64,000 nucleotides of DNA from Octopus vulgaris (lineage: Eukaryota), in the NCBI GenBank assembly GCA_951406725.2, contig OX597828.1:53692001-53756000 (forward strand), written 5' to 3'. The translations under genes and the position numbers were made by a program. Below the pieces are notes generated by a model, which searched no databases, was not told the DNA's origin, and saw only the letters and a list, made by a program, of their open reading frames with translations. Shown here one piece after another: positions 13,418 to 28,500 of this stretch; the first letter of the stretch is position 1; each line of letters starts with the position of its first letter.

Positions 13418-13643
13418 CATACATATCCTTCATCTTTTATCTTTTGCTTGTTCCAGTCATTTGACTGCGGCCATGCATCCTTGAAATAGTTCGGTCGAAC
13501 TCATCGGTGTCAATACTTTTTTAAGCTTATTTCTTAATCTATCGTTCTCCTTTGCTGAACCGATAAGTATCACTGACGTAAGATTATCAGTTCCGTTTGT
13601 CAAGCGGTGGAGGAACAAACACACTCATGAACACACACACACG

Positions 13644-13710
<67 letters not shown>

Positions 13711-13911
13711 ATACCTGGCTTTATAAGGACCTGTTTTACGAGACCCCGAAATTACGAATTATATTTTTTAAGCAAACGATCCAAATTTTGAATGAATTGC
13801 AAAACTGTCTATCATAGCAAATGGTTCTGCGTGCTACCGAGAAATTTAGTGAGAGTGAAAAAAATGCTTCTAAGCAAACAACTCTAGACTTGTTATTTAA
13901 AAAGAAATCTA

Positions 13912-14161
13912 TCGGGTTGGTGCATAATTATTGCGGTTTTTTTCAACGCATTTTATTCAACAAAAACAATAACATGTAACAAAAACATCTGTAAATAATT
14001 ATTCCGGAGCATATTCACCATCTCCTTTAAATACTGCCTCCCAGTTGCTTAGCAGACGGTCAGACCGCCATTTAAAGATGTTTTTGCTAAATGTTGATAT
14101 TGTTTTTGTTGAAAAATAAACTTTGTTGAAGAAAGGCCGCAATACTTATGCACCAACCCAA
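13912..14161 (-). mobile_element. mariner-derived MITE (250 bp)
   Basis: TIRs TCGGGTTGGTGCATAATTATTGCGG / CCGCAATACTTATGCACCAACCCAA resemble Hsmar1/MADE ends. TA on the left. Minus strand carries a transposase C-terminal remnant DRLLSNWEAVFKGDGEYAPE*. Confidence 0.85.
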
Positions 14162-14875
14162 CACAAGTACGTCGAAGACTGTTTATGAAGGGGCGACCGC
14201 GTCTACAAGTGACGGTGTGCAGGAGTCTAGTGTGAGTGAAAATGATTCAGAAAATGATTATAATGATCATACTTTCTATTACAAATGACCTTGATGTTAT
14301 TTTTACTTTACATAAAACATTCTTTTCATTCTACTGTTTATTTACGAGTATTATAAATTTTATAGGCAAAATATATTTCTGGGAACGAATTACGATTTAT
14401 AACATTGCTACTATGGGAAACTATTGCTCTGCTTTACGAGTGACCTCCGGGGACAAATGGAGTTGTATATCGAGGCATTAGTGTGTGCCACAATCAAAAG
14501 ACTATCATTCCTGCTTCTAAATTCTTCCTACAACGTTAAGCGACACAAAGTTCACTCACACATACACATATAAACAGCCAAAACCACAAACACACACACA
14601 TACACATATAAACAGCCAAAACCACAAACACACACACACAAACACACACACACAAACACACACATACGTACACACACGTGCTATTACATGCTCACAAAGA
14701 CTTGCGCGCACGCACATACCCACACATACACACACATGCCTCCTTCTCTTACACTCTCTTGTCTTAGAAAGAGCTTTTTCTTCATCCATTCCCTTCCGGT
14801 CATTTTAAAATGTAACCACATGTGAATCGTTGGCGATTTTCTTCCTCCGTCTTCCCTTCTATTGGACTTTCCTCT

Positions 14876-14911
14876 GTTTCCGAAGAAGAGCGTCTACTCG
14901 AAACGTTAAAC
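14876..14911 (+). ncRNA. minimal type I hammerhead-like motif (C4 variant) in ~190-bp repeat, copy 1
   Basis: GTTT-CCGAAGA-A-GAG(CGTCTA)CTC-GAAAC-GTT-AAAC, inside segment ~14760-14935 that is duplicated at ~15895-16070. Confidence 0.55.
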
Positions 14912-15282
14912 CGTCTTTCTTTCCTTCCCTGCTAATACATTACATGTACCACGTCCTCGTTACTTATTTCAGTCATTGGACTGCGTCGGTGCTGGAACAC
15001 CGCTTTCAAGTGTCTAGTCGAACTAATGTACTCCACTACTCATATTTATACATGGTACTTGTTATTTCGGTCACATTTTGCTGAACACCGAGGTTACAGA
15101 AATGTGAACAAATCAACACCGGTTCTCAAGCCGTTGTGGAGGCCAAACACAAAGACACACACACATTCACACTCAAACATACATGCACATACATATGTAT
15201 ATACGGATATATATGTGTGTGTGTATGTATGTACATATATCTATTTATCTATTTAATCTGTCTATCTATCTATATAGATGTA

Positions 15283-15676
15283 GGCGCAGGAGTGGCTGTG
15301 TGGTAAGTAGCTTGTTGACCAACCACATGGTTCCGGGTTCAGTCCCACTGCGTGGCACCTTGGGCAAGTGTCTTCTACTATAGCCTCGAGCCGACCAAAG
15401 ATTTGGTAGACGGAAACTGAAAGAAGCCCGTCGTATATATGTATATATATATGAGTGTGTGTGTGTCTGTGTTTGTCCCCCTAGCATTGCTTGACAACCG
15501 ATGCTGGTGTGTTTATGTCCCCGTTACTTAGCGGTTCGGCAAAAGAGACCGATAGAATAAGTACTGGGCTTACAAAAGAATAAGTTCCGGGATCGAGTTG
15601 CTCGATTAAAGGTGGTGCTCCAGCATGGCCGCAGTCAAATGACTGAAGCAAGTAAAAGAGTAAAAGAGTAAAAGAG
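15283..15676 (+). mobile_element. SINE family A, full length
   Basis: GGCGCAGGAGTGGCTGTGTGGTAAG head, GGTTCAGTCCC B-box, GAGTAAAA-repeat tail. Confidence 0.88.
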
Positions 15677-16010
15677 CATATATATATATATGTATACACA
15701 TATACATGGATATATATACACACACATACATGCACACACACATACATACACACACATATATAGGCTTCTTTCAGTTTCCGTCCACCTAATCCACTCACGA
15801 ATTTTTGATCTACTTGGTACTATAATAAAAGTCGTTGAGAATCAAACATTTTACGACATAGTCACGCCTGTACCTTGAACCAAGAACGCTTCTCGTCTTA
15901 GGAAGAGCTTTTTTATTCACCCATTCCTTTCCGATCATTTCAAAATGTAACCATATGTGAATCGTTGGCGATTTCCTTCCTCCGTTTTCCCTTCTTTTAG
16001 ACTTTCCTCT

Positions 16011-16046
16011 GTTTCCGAAGAAGAGCGTCTACTGGAAACGTTAAAT
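16011..16046 (+). ncRNA. degenerate hammerhead-like motif, copy 2
   Basis: Same as 14876-14911, but CTC>CTG breaks the core-proximal G-C pair of stem II. Confidence 0.4.
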
Positions 16047-17009
16047 CATCTTTCTTTCCTTCCCTGCTAAGCGTTCTTGGTTCATGAGGTGGTATGACAA
16101 CAGTTGCAAAAGATGTCTTTCGCTCAGCCAATTCTCAATTGCATGTGAAATGGCCGTTTTGACGGCATTCACCCTTTCTCTCAATACAGCATAGCGTTTC
16201 AGAGAGAGAGACACACAGAGAGGGAGAGACAGAAAGACAGACAGAGATAAAGAGTGGGAACGTATTTGACGTTGAGGGTGAGGTAGCCAAACAGAATCGA
16301 CCCCAAGACAAAAATGGTATTTTATTTTTGAACGATCCCCGAAATGATCAAAGAGCAATTTCCCTCTGCCGCGTTTTTGGCTCAGATGGCAAAGAGCCTG
16401 AACTAATACATAACGCAAACCCTTCTGTTCAGTGCTCTAACGCCTCGGCCATTTCGCAGCCATACTCTAAAGGTTGATAATATTTTATTCCGTTCGATCT
16501 TCGTGTGAAGAATTGATATCAATCAATAATTTCCCACGTCTACCGTACAGCCTGATCCACGTCTATTATATTCAATTTCTCCTTTTGTCTTTCAAACAAT
16601 CTGTTGACCTTTACGTCTTGATGAGGTCAACGAAAACTGAGGACGTTAATCAGCTCAATTAGTCGCAACTAAGCACAATGTTCATTAGCATTATCAATAT
16701 TGGTCATTAGGTTAAATAACTCTTCTTGTGCCTGTCTGTTTGTCTGTGTGCGTAGATTTGTGTATCTATGTGTGTGTCTGTATGTTTGTGCGTCTTTGTG
16801 TGAATATATTTTGTATGTTAATGGTTGTATGTTTGTATATCCGTTTGCGTGCGTGTGTGTGTGCTTGTGTATGTGTATGTGTGAGTATGTGTGTGTTTGC
16901 ATGCATTTATTTTTTCTATGTCTATGTTTGTACGTTTATATATTTGCCTGGGTGAGTACGCGTGCTTGTAAATGTGTATTTGTGTCTGTGACTGTTTGTG
17001 CCTCGTATG

Positions 17010-17065
<56 letters not shown>

Positions 17066-17287
17066 GATTCCCACTATACATAAAGGCTCGTGTTGCAAAG
17101 AGAGAACATCCTGTAACCTTTATTGACAAACGCCACAATTTTCAGCCACATCAACAAATGAGAAAAACGCTTTGAGGTCGCCACTCGAAATAACAACCAA
17201 ACAGAGAATGTAGATAAGTCTATATAATATATTTTGGGGTATGTAATACAGCCTGAGTGTATACGATTTAGTCTGGTATATATAGTC

Positions 17288-17500
17288 CTTTCTACTGGAA
17301 GTACAAGGCCTCAAATTTAGGGGCAAGGATTAAGTCGATTACATCGACCCCAGTGCGTAACTGGTACTTATTTAATCGACCCCGAAAGGATGAAAAGCAA
17401 AGTCGACCTCGACGAAATTTGAACTCAGAACGTAACGGCAAACGAAATATTGCTAAGCATTTCGCCCGGCGTGCTAATGATTCTGCCAGCTCGCTGCCTT
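17288..17500 (-). mobile_element. tRNA-derived SINE, family B
   Basis: Reverse complement of GGC(A/G)GCGAGCTGGCAGAA...GAGTTCAAATT...TTTCATCCTTTCGGGGTCGAT. Confidence 0.85.
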
Positions 17501-17781
17501 GAGTCAGGTGTATATAATGTACTTAGTGTATATAATATGTGAATAGGAATGGGTATGACCTATTAGAAATGGGAGCGATGGACTCTTGGAGCTAATCAAC
17601 GACCAGCATTCGTCCTATTTTTCTGGTCTGTCATGTTAGCTTGGCGATAACTATTAATATATATATATATGCATATACATATATATATATATATATATGG
17701 GCCACCGCCTATATACATAAATACATACATACATACATACATACATACATACATGCATACATACATACATACATACATACA

Positions 17782-17820
<39 letters not shown>

Positions 17821-17887
17821 GAAAACCAAGAAGAGAGTGGAGATTTATTCACATAAGGTTTCTACAGCATATATAACAATGACCAAC

Positions 17888-18191
<304 letters not shown>

Positions 18192-18419
18192 GGACGGATA
18201 CTTCGACTGACAAAAAAGATAAACAGATACATACAGACACAGGCAGACAGCAGACAGAAAATTGTAGAAGTTATAACTATGGCGTTGGTGGTTGTGGTGG
18301 TGGCGACGGCGGCAGTATTATGGAGGGATGAGGTTGGGTTGGCGGTGGATGCTGTGTCAGCTCGGATGAAATAAAAAGATGAAGAGGGATTTGAAACACC
18401 AGCTCGAACTTGACCCCGT

Positions 18420-18670
18420 TGTTAAGCCGGCCAGAAGTAGCAACACACAGCGCGTCAGTGTGATGGCGGAAGTGATCATGTGATGTATAACGTGTGTTCA
18501 TTGAACCGTGTAAGGATAGCGTGACGGGGTGGCTGCAGGGTTCGTAAAAACTGACGGCTTCTCCTGAGTTTTGATCGCCTGTCGCACGACCTTGCGTGGC
18601 CGTGTGTCACACTGTCACAACTCGATGGCGGAAGTTCCAAAGTCACACATCATAACGCTTCAAACTCGTC
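18420..18670. promoter_or_regulatory. CpG-rich unique island with duplicated YY1/ETS-like 12-mer
   Basis: GATGGCGGAAGT occurs exactly twice (18462-18473 and 18624-18635), plus several TGAC/GTCA half sites. Confidence 0.3.
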
Positions 18671-18739
18671 TTCTTCTCGTCGTTGTGGTGGTGGTCGTCG
18701 TCATGGTCGTAGGAGTGATGTTTATTGTTATTGGTGTAG

Positions 18740-18782
18740 CCATTGTTGTTGTTGTTGTTGTCGTTGTTGTTGATGATGATGA

Positions 18783-18813
<31 letters not shown>

Positions 18814-19100
18814 GATGATAACGATGATGATTATGGTGATGACGATGATGACGACGATGATGATGACAACGACGATAATGATGATCGTGGTGGTGGTGGT
18901 GGTGTTGGTGGTGGTGGTGGTGGTGGTTAAGGTTGGGGCGTTTGCTAGTCTTGGTTTTTGTTTTTGCTGTTGCTGATGTTGTTGTTCTTGTCGGTGTTCT
19001 TGTTTTTGATGTTGTTGTTGGTGGTGCTGGTAGTAGTAGTAGTGGCCGTCGTTGTCGTCGTGATGATGCTGTTGATGATGATGATGGTGATGATGATGAT

Positions 19101-19132
<32 letters not shown>

Positions 19133-19300
19133 TGTTGATGATGTTGATGATGATGATGATGATGATGATGACGACGATGATGTTGATGATGTTGATGATG
19201 ATGATGATGATGATGACGACGATGATGTTGATGATGTTGATGATGATGATGATGATGATGACGACGATGATGTTGATGATGTTGATGATGATGATGATGT
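18740..19300. repeat. (GTT)/(GAT)/(GGT) trinucleotide field with a higher-order ~39-42-bp unit
   Basis: (GAT)nGACGACGATGATGTTGATGATGTT repeated about 4 times at 19110-19300. Confidence 0.9.
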
Positions 19301-20679
19301 AATTTTTACTGCTTTTCTTCCATTCGTGTTGTTGTTCTCTGAGCTGCTGCTGGGTGATGCTGGTGCAGCGTGTATTGCTGCAGACGTAGTTATTTTATTT
19401 TATTGTTTTTTTTTTTGTAGTTGCTGTTGTTTTCTTTGTGTCATTGCTGTTCCCGTGCTACTGCTCCTGCTGCTGCTGCTGTTGTTGTTTTGTGTTGTTA
19501 TTGTTGTTGTTGTTGTTGTTATTATTTTTCTTCTTCTTCTTTTCTTCTTCTTCTTCTTCTTCTTCTCTACCTCCTCCATTATCCCTTCATCATCATCACC
19601 ATCATCATTATAATCATCAAAATAATGCTCACCATCGTCATCGTCATCATCATCCGACCTTTTAACACAAGACATTCCAACCTTGACCACTCCGTCTTTT
19701 TTCCAATCTCTGAGAGACTTCAGACCACATTATCGATTGTGTTGCTTTCCTTAGACACTATTGTGTAATTTGAGACTATATTTGTGTTTATAGATGTCTG
19801 TGTGTCTTTTGCTATTTTTACATGGATAGGTAACTATAAAGACCCTCTCGTTGAGTCGAGTTCTTCTTCATAATGTTGTTATTGATGATGATGGTGGTTA
19901 AGGTGCGGCGGTTGGAGAGTGCGAAGCTCGTTTATGTGGGTAACAATGGCGCTGGTTTTACTGATGTCCGTTGATGGTGGTGATGCGAGTGACGGTGATG
20001 CGGATGGCGGTGCTTGTTATGAGTTGTTGGGCTGGTGGGTGTTGGCTATCATACCGTATACCCTTATTTTGCTGGCCTTTGATCAAACACATTCATGTCG
20101 GGATTATGCTGGGGTTTTTTTTTGGTTTTTTTGTTCCAGCATTTTATATCTAGGACTACATTATTCAGTGTCCTTCACTTCTTAAACTTGTAGATGTGAT
20201 TTTAAAGGTGATTTGTTTGCCATTTCTCTAAGCAAACCAACATATAGAGAGGTTCCCAGGTGAAATCGTTATCTTTTCTAAATTATCTATATCAAAGACG
20301 ACCACAGGTGATTTGAGGAACATTTCTATGTCGTGGTTGAGGAGCTCACTCTAACGTTTTGGGGATTTACCCTTCTTATGTTCGCACACTGTCGGGTGAG
20401 TAAGATGGATCAAACATTCATTGAAAGAAAAAGATTTTAAAAATGCTCAGCTAAGAAAAGAATTTTACTTTTTCTTACTCACGCGTAGGGGCAGTCCTCA
20501 AAACACCTGACACCATCATGTCATGACGAAGAGGTAACCTTCCATCTAGAGATTATTTTGCTCCAACCTGACGAATGAATGATCTATCTTCAGTCATCAG
20601 ATTCCACATCTTCACCATGGCATGCACACATATAAGAGGTCGGTCTTCTACCTTTCAGGATCCTCTATCTCCTACAACA

Positions 20680-21022
20680 TACAAACAAATATAAAGACAG
20701 CCCTAAACAGTCACATTTAGAACTATTTGCTCTACAAACTACCAAAAGGAACAGTCTAGAAAATTTCATATTCCAGTGTTTCCCACAACATACAAGCTTA
20801 TAAGGATACAGTCCCCCAAGACATCAGATACTACTTACCCCTACGGCATACAAACTTATAAAGCGACAGTCACCAAAACTTCAGATTCTTCTGTCTCCCA
20901 CAACGTAGAAACTTATTAGGGGACAGTCCTCAAATCTTCAGATTTTGTGTCTCCCATAACGTACAAACTTATCGGAGGACAGTCGCCCAAACTGTACATC
21001 TCTCACCACATACAAACTTATC
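20680..21022. repeat. diverged ~57-bp tandem repeat, about 6 units
   Basis: Recurrent ACAAACTTAT...GACAGTC...AA..TTCAGATT...TCTCCCACAAC at about 57-bp spacing. Confidence 0.7.
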
Positions 21023-21480
21023 CAAAATCACAAACTCCTTTCAAAAATACTAGGGCGAGAAATGCGGGAGAAATGGCTACGATTTCTAACAGGACAGCCA
21101 TATTGATGAGGGTTCTAATGCTGCAGTTGGGCTCGTTGCTGTGCCACTGCAAGAAATTGTGCAGTGATGGTGTGAAGGTGCAGATGGTGTTAGTGAGATA
21201 ACAGCTGGCATTAGGGTGACTGCTGCAGATGGTGTTGATGCTGAGCGTAAAGATGTTCTGATGTGACAATAATGTGGATGATGCTGGTGTGATTGTGCAG
21301 ATGGTGTTGATGGTAAAATGGCGCAGGTACTACTGCAAGAAATGCTAGTGGTGGTAGTGCAGGCGGTGTCGGTGGTGGTGGTGGTGGTGGTGATAGTGGT
21401 GGTAGTAGTAATGTTGTTGGAGGTGGCGGTGACAGTGCTAATACTGCTGCTTTTGTTGTTGATAGCAGTAATGTTGTTGC

Positions 21481-21511
<31 letters not shown>

Positions 21512-21675
21512 GGTGGTGGTGGTGGTGTCGTCGTCGTCGTCGTCGTAGTGGTGCTGTTACTGGTGTTAGTGCTGGTGCTGGTGGTGATGGCAGTGATAGT
21601 GGTGGTGGTGGTGGTGGTGCCGACAGTACAGCTACTAGTGCTTTTCTTGATGATGGTAGTAATGTTGTTGGTGAT

Positions 21676-21708
<33 letters not shown>

Positions 21709-21711
21709 TAG

Positions 21712-21782
<71 letters not shown>

Positions 21783-22355
21783 CCGACAGAACGACACAGG
21801 CAGGCAGGCAGGTAGGTAGGTAGGTAGGTAGGTAGGTAGGTAGGTAGGTAGGTAGGTAGGTAGGCAGGCAGATTGTTGTGTAGGTAGGTAGAGACAGACG
21901 GATAGATAGATAGATAGATAGATACATACATACATACATATGCATGCATACGTACATACACACATACATACATACACACATACATACATACATACATACA
22001 TACATACATACATACATACATACATACATACATACATACATAGGTAAATGAATGACAATGTACACACTATACAGACACACATTCATGCACGCTTCTTATA
22101 CCAGCAGCGACATCTATGGGCGTCAAACGCACATAACGCCGCACATATTTTCCATGGGTTGTCTGTGTCGCTCCTGGTGGCCAAAACACGCGCTCACGGC
22201 ATGTGTGCAATATATGCACAATAAACAAAGTGCACCGATAAACATATATATATACACAGATAACCAACTATTAACAGATACTCCTACCCATGCAGACACA
22301 CACACATACAAACATAGAGACATAGAAGTGTGTATACAATACATATTTACACATG

Positions 22356-22413
<58 letters not shown>

Positions 22414-22691
22414 AACACACACAAATATATATATATATATATATACAGAGAAATATGTATTCATTTATGTAACATATATGTGTGCGTGCGCGTGGTGTAC
22501 AAACACACACACACAAACGTAAAATAATCGAATATATTAAAATATCCGTAAGTATGTATACATAAATACATGCATACATCCATATATGAATACACACATT
22601 CATACTTGAATACATACATACATACATACATATATATATACATATATATATGTATATTTATATATATATATAACACACACACACACACACC

Positions 22692-22743
<52 letters not shown>

Positions 22744-22762
22744 CATACATACATATATATAT

Positions 22763-22811
<49 letters not shown>

Positions 22812-23039
22812 CGTACTTACATACATACATACATAGAATACATACATACATACATACATACATACATACATACATACATACATACATAACATACATACAT
22901 ACATACATACATATAAACATGCATAGATGCATATACATACCTAAAAATATACATACATGTGAATCACGAAGCACGTGAAGAGAAAAACCCGTATAGAGAG
23001 AAAAATAAAGCGAAACGAATGTAAACAACAGAGGTCACG

Positions 23040-23340
<301 letters not shown>

Positions 23341-23684
23341 ACCGGAAGGTGGGAAAGATAGAAAGAGAGCGGAATAGAGCGAAATCTAGAATAAAAAAAT
23401 TGGTGGCGATGTTGTTTGTAGGCATTGAAATGCATAGATGATGAAGATGCTGGATTTCATTTGGGGTGGGTGATGCACCGCATAGAGTAGGGGCCAGTTA
23501 GTTAGCGGAGCGTGGCGGATATATAATCTGTGTGGGATGACATCGTTCATTGTTCACGCATGGTTGAGCAGGACTGATGCCCTGAGGCAAGCTGTTATGA
23601 GGGCGAAGAGAATTGCGTCGGGTCTGACACACTGTGCATACAATTTTTGTACACACACACACACACATACAAACACACACGCTC

Positions 23685-23734
<50 letters not shown>

Positions 23735-23792
23735 GCATGTATATTTTATGTACTTATGCGCCTGTATATATAAATACATAAATATATGTATA

Positions 23793-23823
<31 letters not shown>

Positions 23824-23844
23824 CTATATCTATCTACCTATCTA

Positions 23845-23894
<50 letters not shown>

Positions 23895-23959
23895 TACAAA
23901 TATATACATATATCTATATATATATACATATATGTAAGTATATATATATATCTATATAT

Positions 23960-23990
<31 letters not shown>

Positions 23991-24055
23991 TGCATATATA
24001 TATACATATATATATATACATATATATGTATACATATATATATATGTATATATGT

Positions 24056-24099
<44 letters not shown>

Positions 24100-24565
24100 A
24101 TGTATTTGCATGTATACGTGTACATATATACACACACAGATATATATACATATGTATACATATATATATATATAGATATAACTGCGTATATAGACATATA
24201 CTGACACCTAGTGGACTGTGTGTTTGCTCAATTATGTAAACACGCATGTATGTATTTTTGTATGTATGTTAATGCAAACCTCACAGTTTAAACACTTTGG
24301 TGTAAACAAAACACAAGTCAACTCACTAAAAGCAGAATATATTAAAATATATTTATTAAAGCTAAATCTTTAAAATGTTTTAACATTTGAGTTTCACGTC
24401 TCTGATCTTCGTACGAATTTAAGGAATGAAACAAGAACCCATTAATAAATATATTTAGAAGCATCATCGAAATTTTTCAACGGAAAGCTTCCAACACTCC
24501 AACCCAATTTTTTTTTTTTTTGCATTTCATTTTCTAGTTTTGATGTTCCTTTTCATTACATCTTC

Positions 24566-24770
24566 TACTCTTTTACTCTTTTACTTGTTTCATTCATTTG
24601 ACTCTGGCCATGCTGGAGCACCGTCTTTAGTGAGCAAATTGACACCCAGGACTTATTCTTTGTAAGCGTAGTACTTATTCTATCGGTCGGTCTTTTGCCG
24701 AACCGCTAAGTTACGGGGATGTAAACACACCAGCATCGGTTGTCAAGCGATGTTGGTGGGGTGGGGACAA

Positions 24771-24861
<91 letters not shown>

Positions 24862-25020
24862 GCGACGGGCTTCTTTCAGTTTCCGTCTACCAAATCCACT
24901 CACGAGGCTTTGGTTGGCCCGAGGCTATAGTAGAAGACAATTGCCCAAGGTGCCACGCAGTGGGACTGAACCTGGAACCATGTGGTTGGTAAGCAAGCTG
25001 CTTACCACACAACCACGTCT
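24566..25020 (-). mobile_element. SINE family A
   Basis: Reverse complement of family A including the (TTTTACTC)n tail. Confidence 0.85.
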
Positions 25021-25666
25021 AATTTTCCCTTCTTATTGCGCTGTAGTTTATTTTATATGCATTTCTGAATAATAGGAGGATTCAGATAGTATTTTGAACA
25101 TCAAGGCTATTTTTTCTCCCAATACATTTCAATAATTTTCTTCTCACTTTCTTGTCCTGTTACTTTCTGTCATTCTATAATATTGTGGCATTTTATTAAA
25201 GTTGTCAGCACGCCGAGCAAAATAGCGACATTTCATCCGTCTCCAAGTTCAGAGTTCAAATCTCGCCAAGGTCTCCTTTGCCTTTCATCTTTTCGGGGTC
25301 CATAAAATAAGTACCAGTTGAAAACTGGAGCCGACATAATCGATTTACCCCCTCCTCCGACATCGCTGGATTTGTATCAGAATTTCAAACCATTATTATT
25401 CCGCCGAGATTGACTTTGCTTTTCTTCCTTTAGACGAGCAATTGGGGTGATGTAATCGATTCGTCTCCTCACCAGAATTTCAGTCCTTGTGTCTATAGTA
25501 GAAAGGAATGTTGTAGCATTTCAGCGTGAATAATGTTTGTGAATGATTTTGCACTAAAATGCTCCCAATTTTCGCATTCATTTGTTTTAATTATATATAT
25601 ATATGATTGATTGATTGATTGATTCTAGTTTCAGCTTATGAGCTGTGGCCATGCTGGGGCACCGCC

Positions 25667-25741
<75 letters not shown>

Positions 25742-25810
25742 TGTGTGTGTCTCTGTGTGTGTGTATGTGTCTCTGTGTGTGTGTGTGTGTGTGTGTTTCT
25801 TTCTGTGTTC

Positions 25811-25846
25811 CTTTCTGCGGAAGAGCGTAGGCTCGAAACGTTAAAG
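25811..25846 (+). ncRNA. hammerhead-like motif, related family H2b (atypical core)
   Basis: CTTT-CTGCGGA-A-GAGC(GTAG)GCTC-GAAAC-GTT-AAAG. Stem I CUUU/AAAG covaries with GUUU/AAAC of H2. Core A6 is C. Confidence 0.45.
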
Positions 25847-25927
25847 ACTTTTTCAGTTCCCGAACGCTATACTAAGACATCTGTTTGTTGTCTACACCAC
25901 CTGTCTTCGTCTTTTTTTCTTTTTTTG

Positions 25928-26300
25928 CTTGTTTCAGTCATTTGACCGTGGCCATGCTGGAGCACCGCCTTTAGTCGAGCAAATCGACCCCAGGACTTAT
26001 TCTTTGTAAGCCTAGTACTTATTCAATCGGTCTCTTTTGCCGAACCGCTACGTTACGGAGACGTAAACACACCAGCATCGGTTGTCAAGCGATGTTGGGA
26101 GGACAAACACAGACACATATATACATGCATATACATATATACGACGGGCTTCCTTCAGTTTCCGTCAACCAAATCCACTCACAAGGCTTTGGTCGGCCCG
26201 TGGCTATAGTAGAAGACACTTGCCCAAGGTGCCACGCGGTCAGACTGAACCCGGAACCATGTGGTTGGTAAGCAAGCTACTTACCACACAGCTACTCCTA
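25928..26300 (-). mobile_element. SINE family A
   Basis: Reverse complement of family A head and body. Confidence 0.85.
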
Positions 26301-26344
26301 GACGCAGAAGTTCCATTTAGGTTTAAGTCATGTAATATATATTT

Positions 26345-26378
<34 letters not shown>

Positions 26379-26838
26379 GTTTGTGTATGTGTGTGTCTGT
26401 GTATGTGTGTGCAGTGTGTACATGTGTATTCGTGTTTGCCTGTGTGTGTGTGTGTGTCTCTGTGTGTGGCAGCTTATGTGAATGAGTGTCACGCTATACT
26501 TGCCCGCCCTTAACTCTGGGTCTAGTAAACAACTTGTTTTTATTTGGCCACACTGCTGCTGCTGCTGCTGCAGTTGTTGCCGCTGTTGTTGTTGTTGCTA
26601 CTGATGTTGTTTTTGTTGTTGTTGTTCTTCAAACTTGCCCACTGGCTACACATGCGATTCGGCCAAATCTGATTTAGAGACTAGTGTTCCATAGACGAGC
26701 GAAGGTATAATCTTGTCGGCTGAAGCAGAACCACCCCCACCCACCCGACCCTACCCCCAACCCTCGCCCTCCTTACTCTCCAACTCCCCCTCACCACCAC
26801 CAACAACAACAACAGAACTACTACCACTATTGCTGCTG

Positions 26839-26899
<61 letters not shown>

Positions 26900-28109
26900 C
26901 TCCACCATCATTATCACCGCTTTCACCATCAAACCACTACCCACTAACACCAATCCCACCACCACCACCACCACCACCACCACTATGATCACCAACACCG
27001 CCATCACAACTCTATCACCACCACCACCACCATCACCAACACCCCCCCACACATACATAATCACGACAATCGCCAGCATCAGCTCCATCGCAACACCCCC
27101 ACCGCTACCACAACGAAAGCGCATTACTCTCACTACCACCATGAACTACTGCATCTAATCACCACCACCACCACCACCACCACCACTGCCGCCACTACCA
27201 CCACTACTTTACACTAAGATAAACCAACACCATCATAATGACCTCAATCTCTCTGCGCCATCATAACGTCGTGACCACCACCACTGCAACCATCATCATC
27301 AACATCATCATCATCATCATCAACATCTAAGGAAGACGAAGAACGATGCTGTAACTCGACCTGCAAGAAATAATGGCTGAATCTCCCTCGACTCACAGTT
27401 TTCTGAAAAATTGGAAATATAACGGACACATTGGATAACATATTCCTAGATAGACTTTGGCTTAACAAAATATATGGCACGATCTACTAAGCTTGCACTT
27501 ACAATGATGTTCTTTTTCTTCTTTTCTTCTTCATCTTCTTCCTCTTTTTCTTCTTCTTCTTCTTCTTCTTCTTCTTCTTCTTCTTCTTCTTCTTCTTCTT
27601 CTTCTTCTATTCTCTCTTCTCTTCCTTCTTTTTCTCCCCTCTTCCTCCCCTCCATCTCATTCACCTCCTCCTAATTCTTATTCTTAGTCTTCTTTTTCTC
27701 CCCACTCCCTCCTCCTTATTCTTATTCTCGTTTTCCTCCTCCTCCTTTCTTCTTTCTCTCATCCTCTCTCTCTCTCACTCACTCGATCTTTCTCTTTCTC
27801 TCTCACTCGCCCACTCGCTCTCAGTCCCATACACATCCATATCATACACACTGTACGTCACACACACATACATGCACACACATTACACTCCACATAGACA
27901 CATTATTCACACACATATAAATATACGTATTTTTACATCTACATCTCGATCTTCACAAAATCTTCCAAACTCCATTTTGTTCTTGAAGTTTTTGATACAC
28001 TTTGGGACACCAACGTAGCACAAGAATTTCGAAGTTGAAAAAAATTCGTTATCAAGCATTCATGATGACCCGACAGCAGTAAAAAAACATGAAGTAGCTA
28101 TGAGAGAAG

Positions 28110-28500
28110 AGAAAGGATTTGGAAATGGTAGCAAATTCAGAGGGATTGCTGTATTTCTATTTCGATTCCACAAATGAAATGGTAACAACTTTGGAAATTC
28201 ATGCCTCGAGTTTAACCTACAACGACGAATTGTCAAATAGATTTTTTGATGATCTACAATGAAATATAAACATGATCTTATAAGATTACCGGAGATTCCA
28301 GAGCTAGAGTAGAAGACGAATGGTAAAATAATACAGGAAAATATACTACTGGAAAAATGAACCGTATGAGGACTAGGATACTTATTGTGGTTCTTATTTC
28401 GATGCAAAAGTGGGAGAGAATGCAAGAACTGGTCAAATATTAATGGAAAATACGGTGTTGAGAAAGCAAACGAGCGAAGGATTGCGTGTTTATTATAAAC
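28110..28500 (+). pseudogene. decayed non-LTR retrotransposon (RTE-like) APE endonuclease fragment
   Basis: Interrupted frames read VTTLEIHASSLTYNDELSNRFFDDLQ, FDAKVG and GKYGVEKANERR, resembling the APE motifs IIQVYAPT..FYDDL, DFNAKVG and GKYG..RNERG. Confidence 0.5.
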
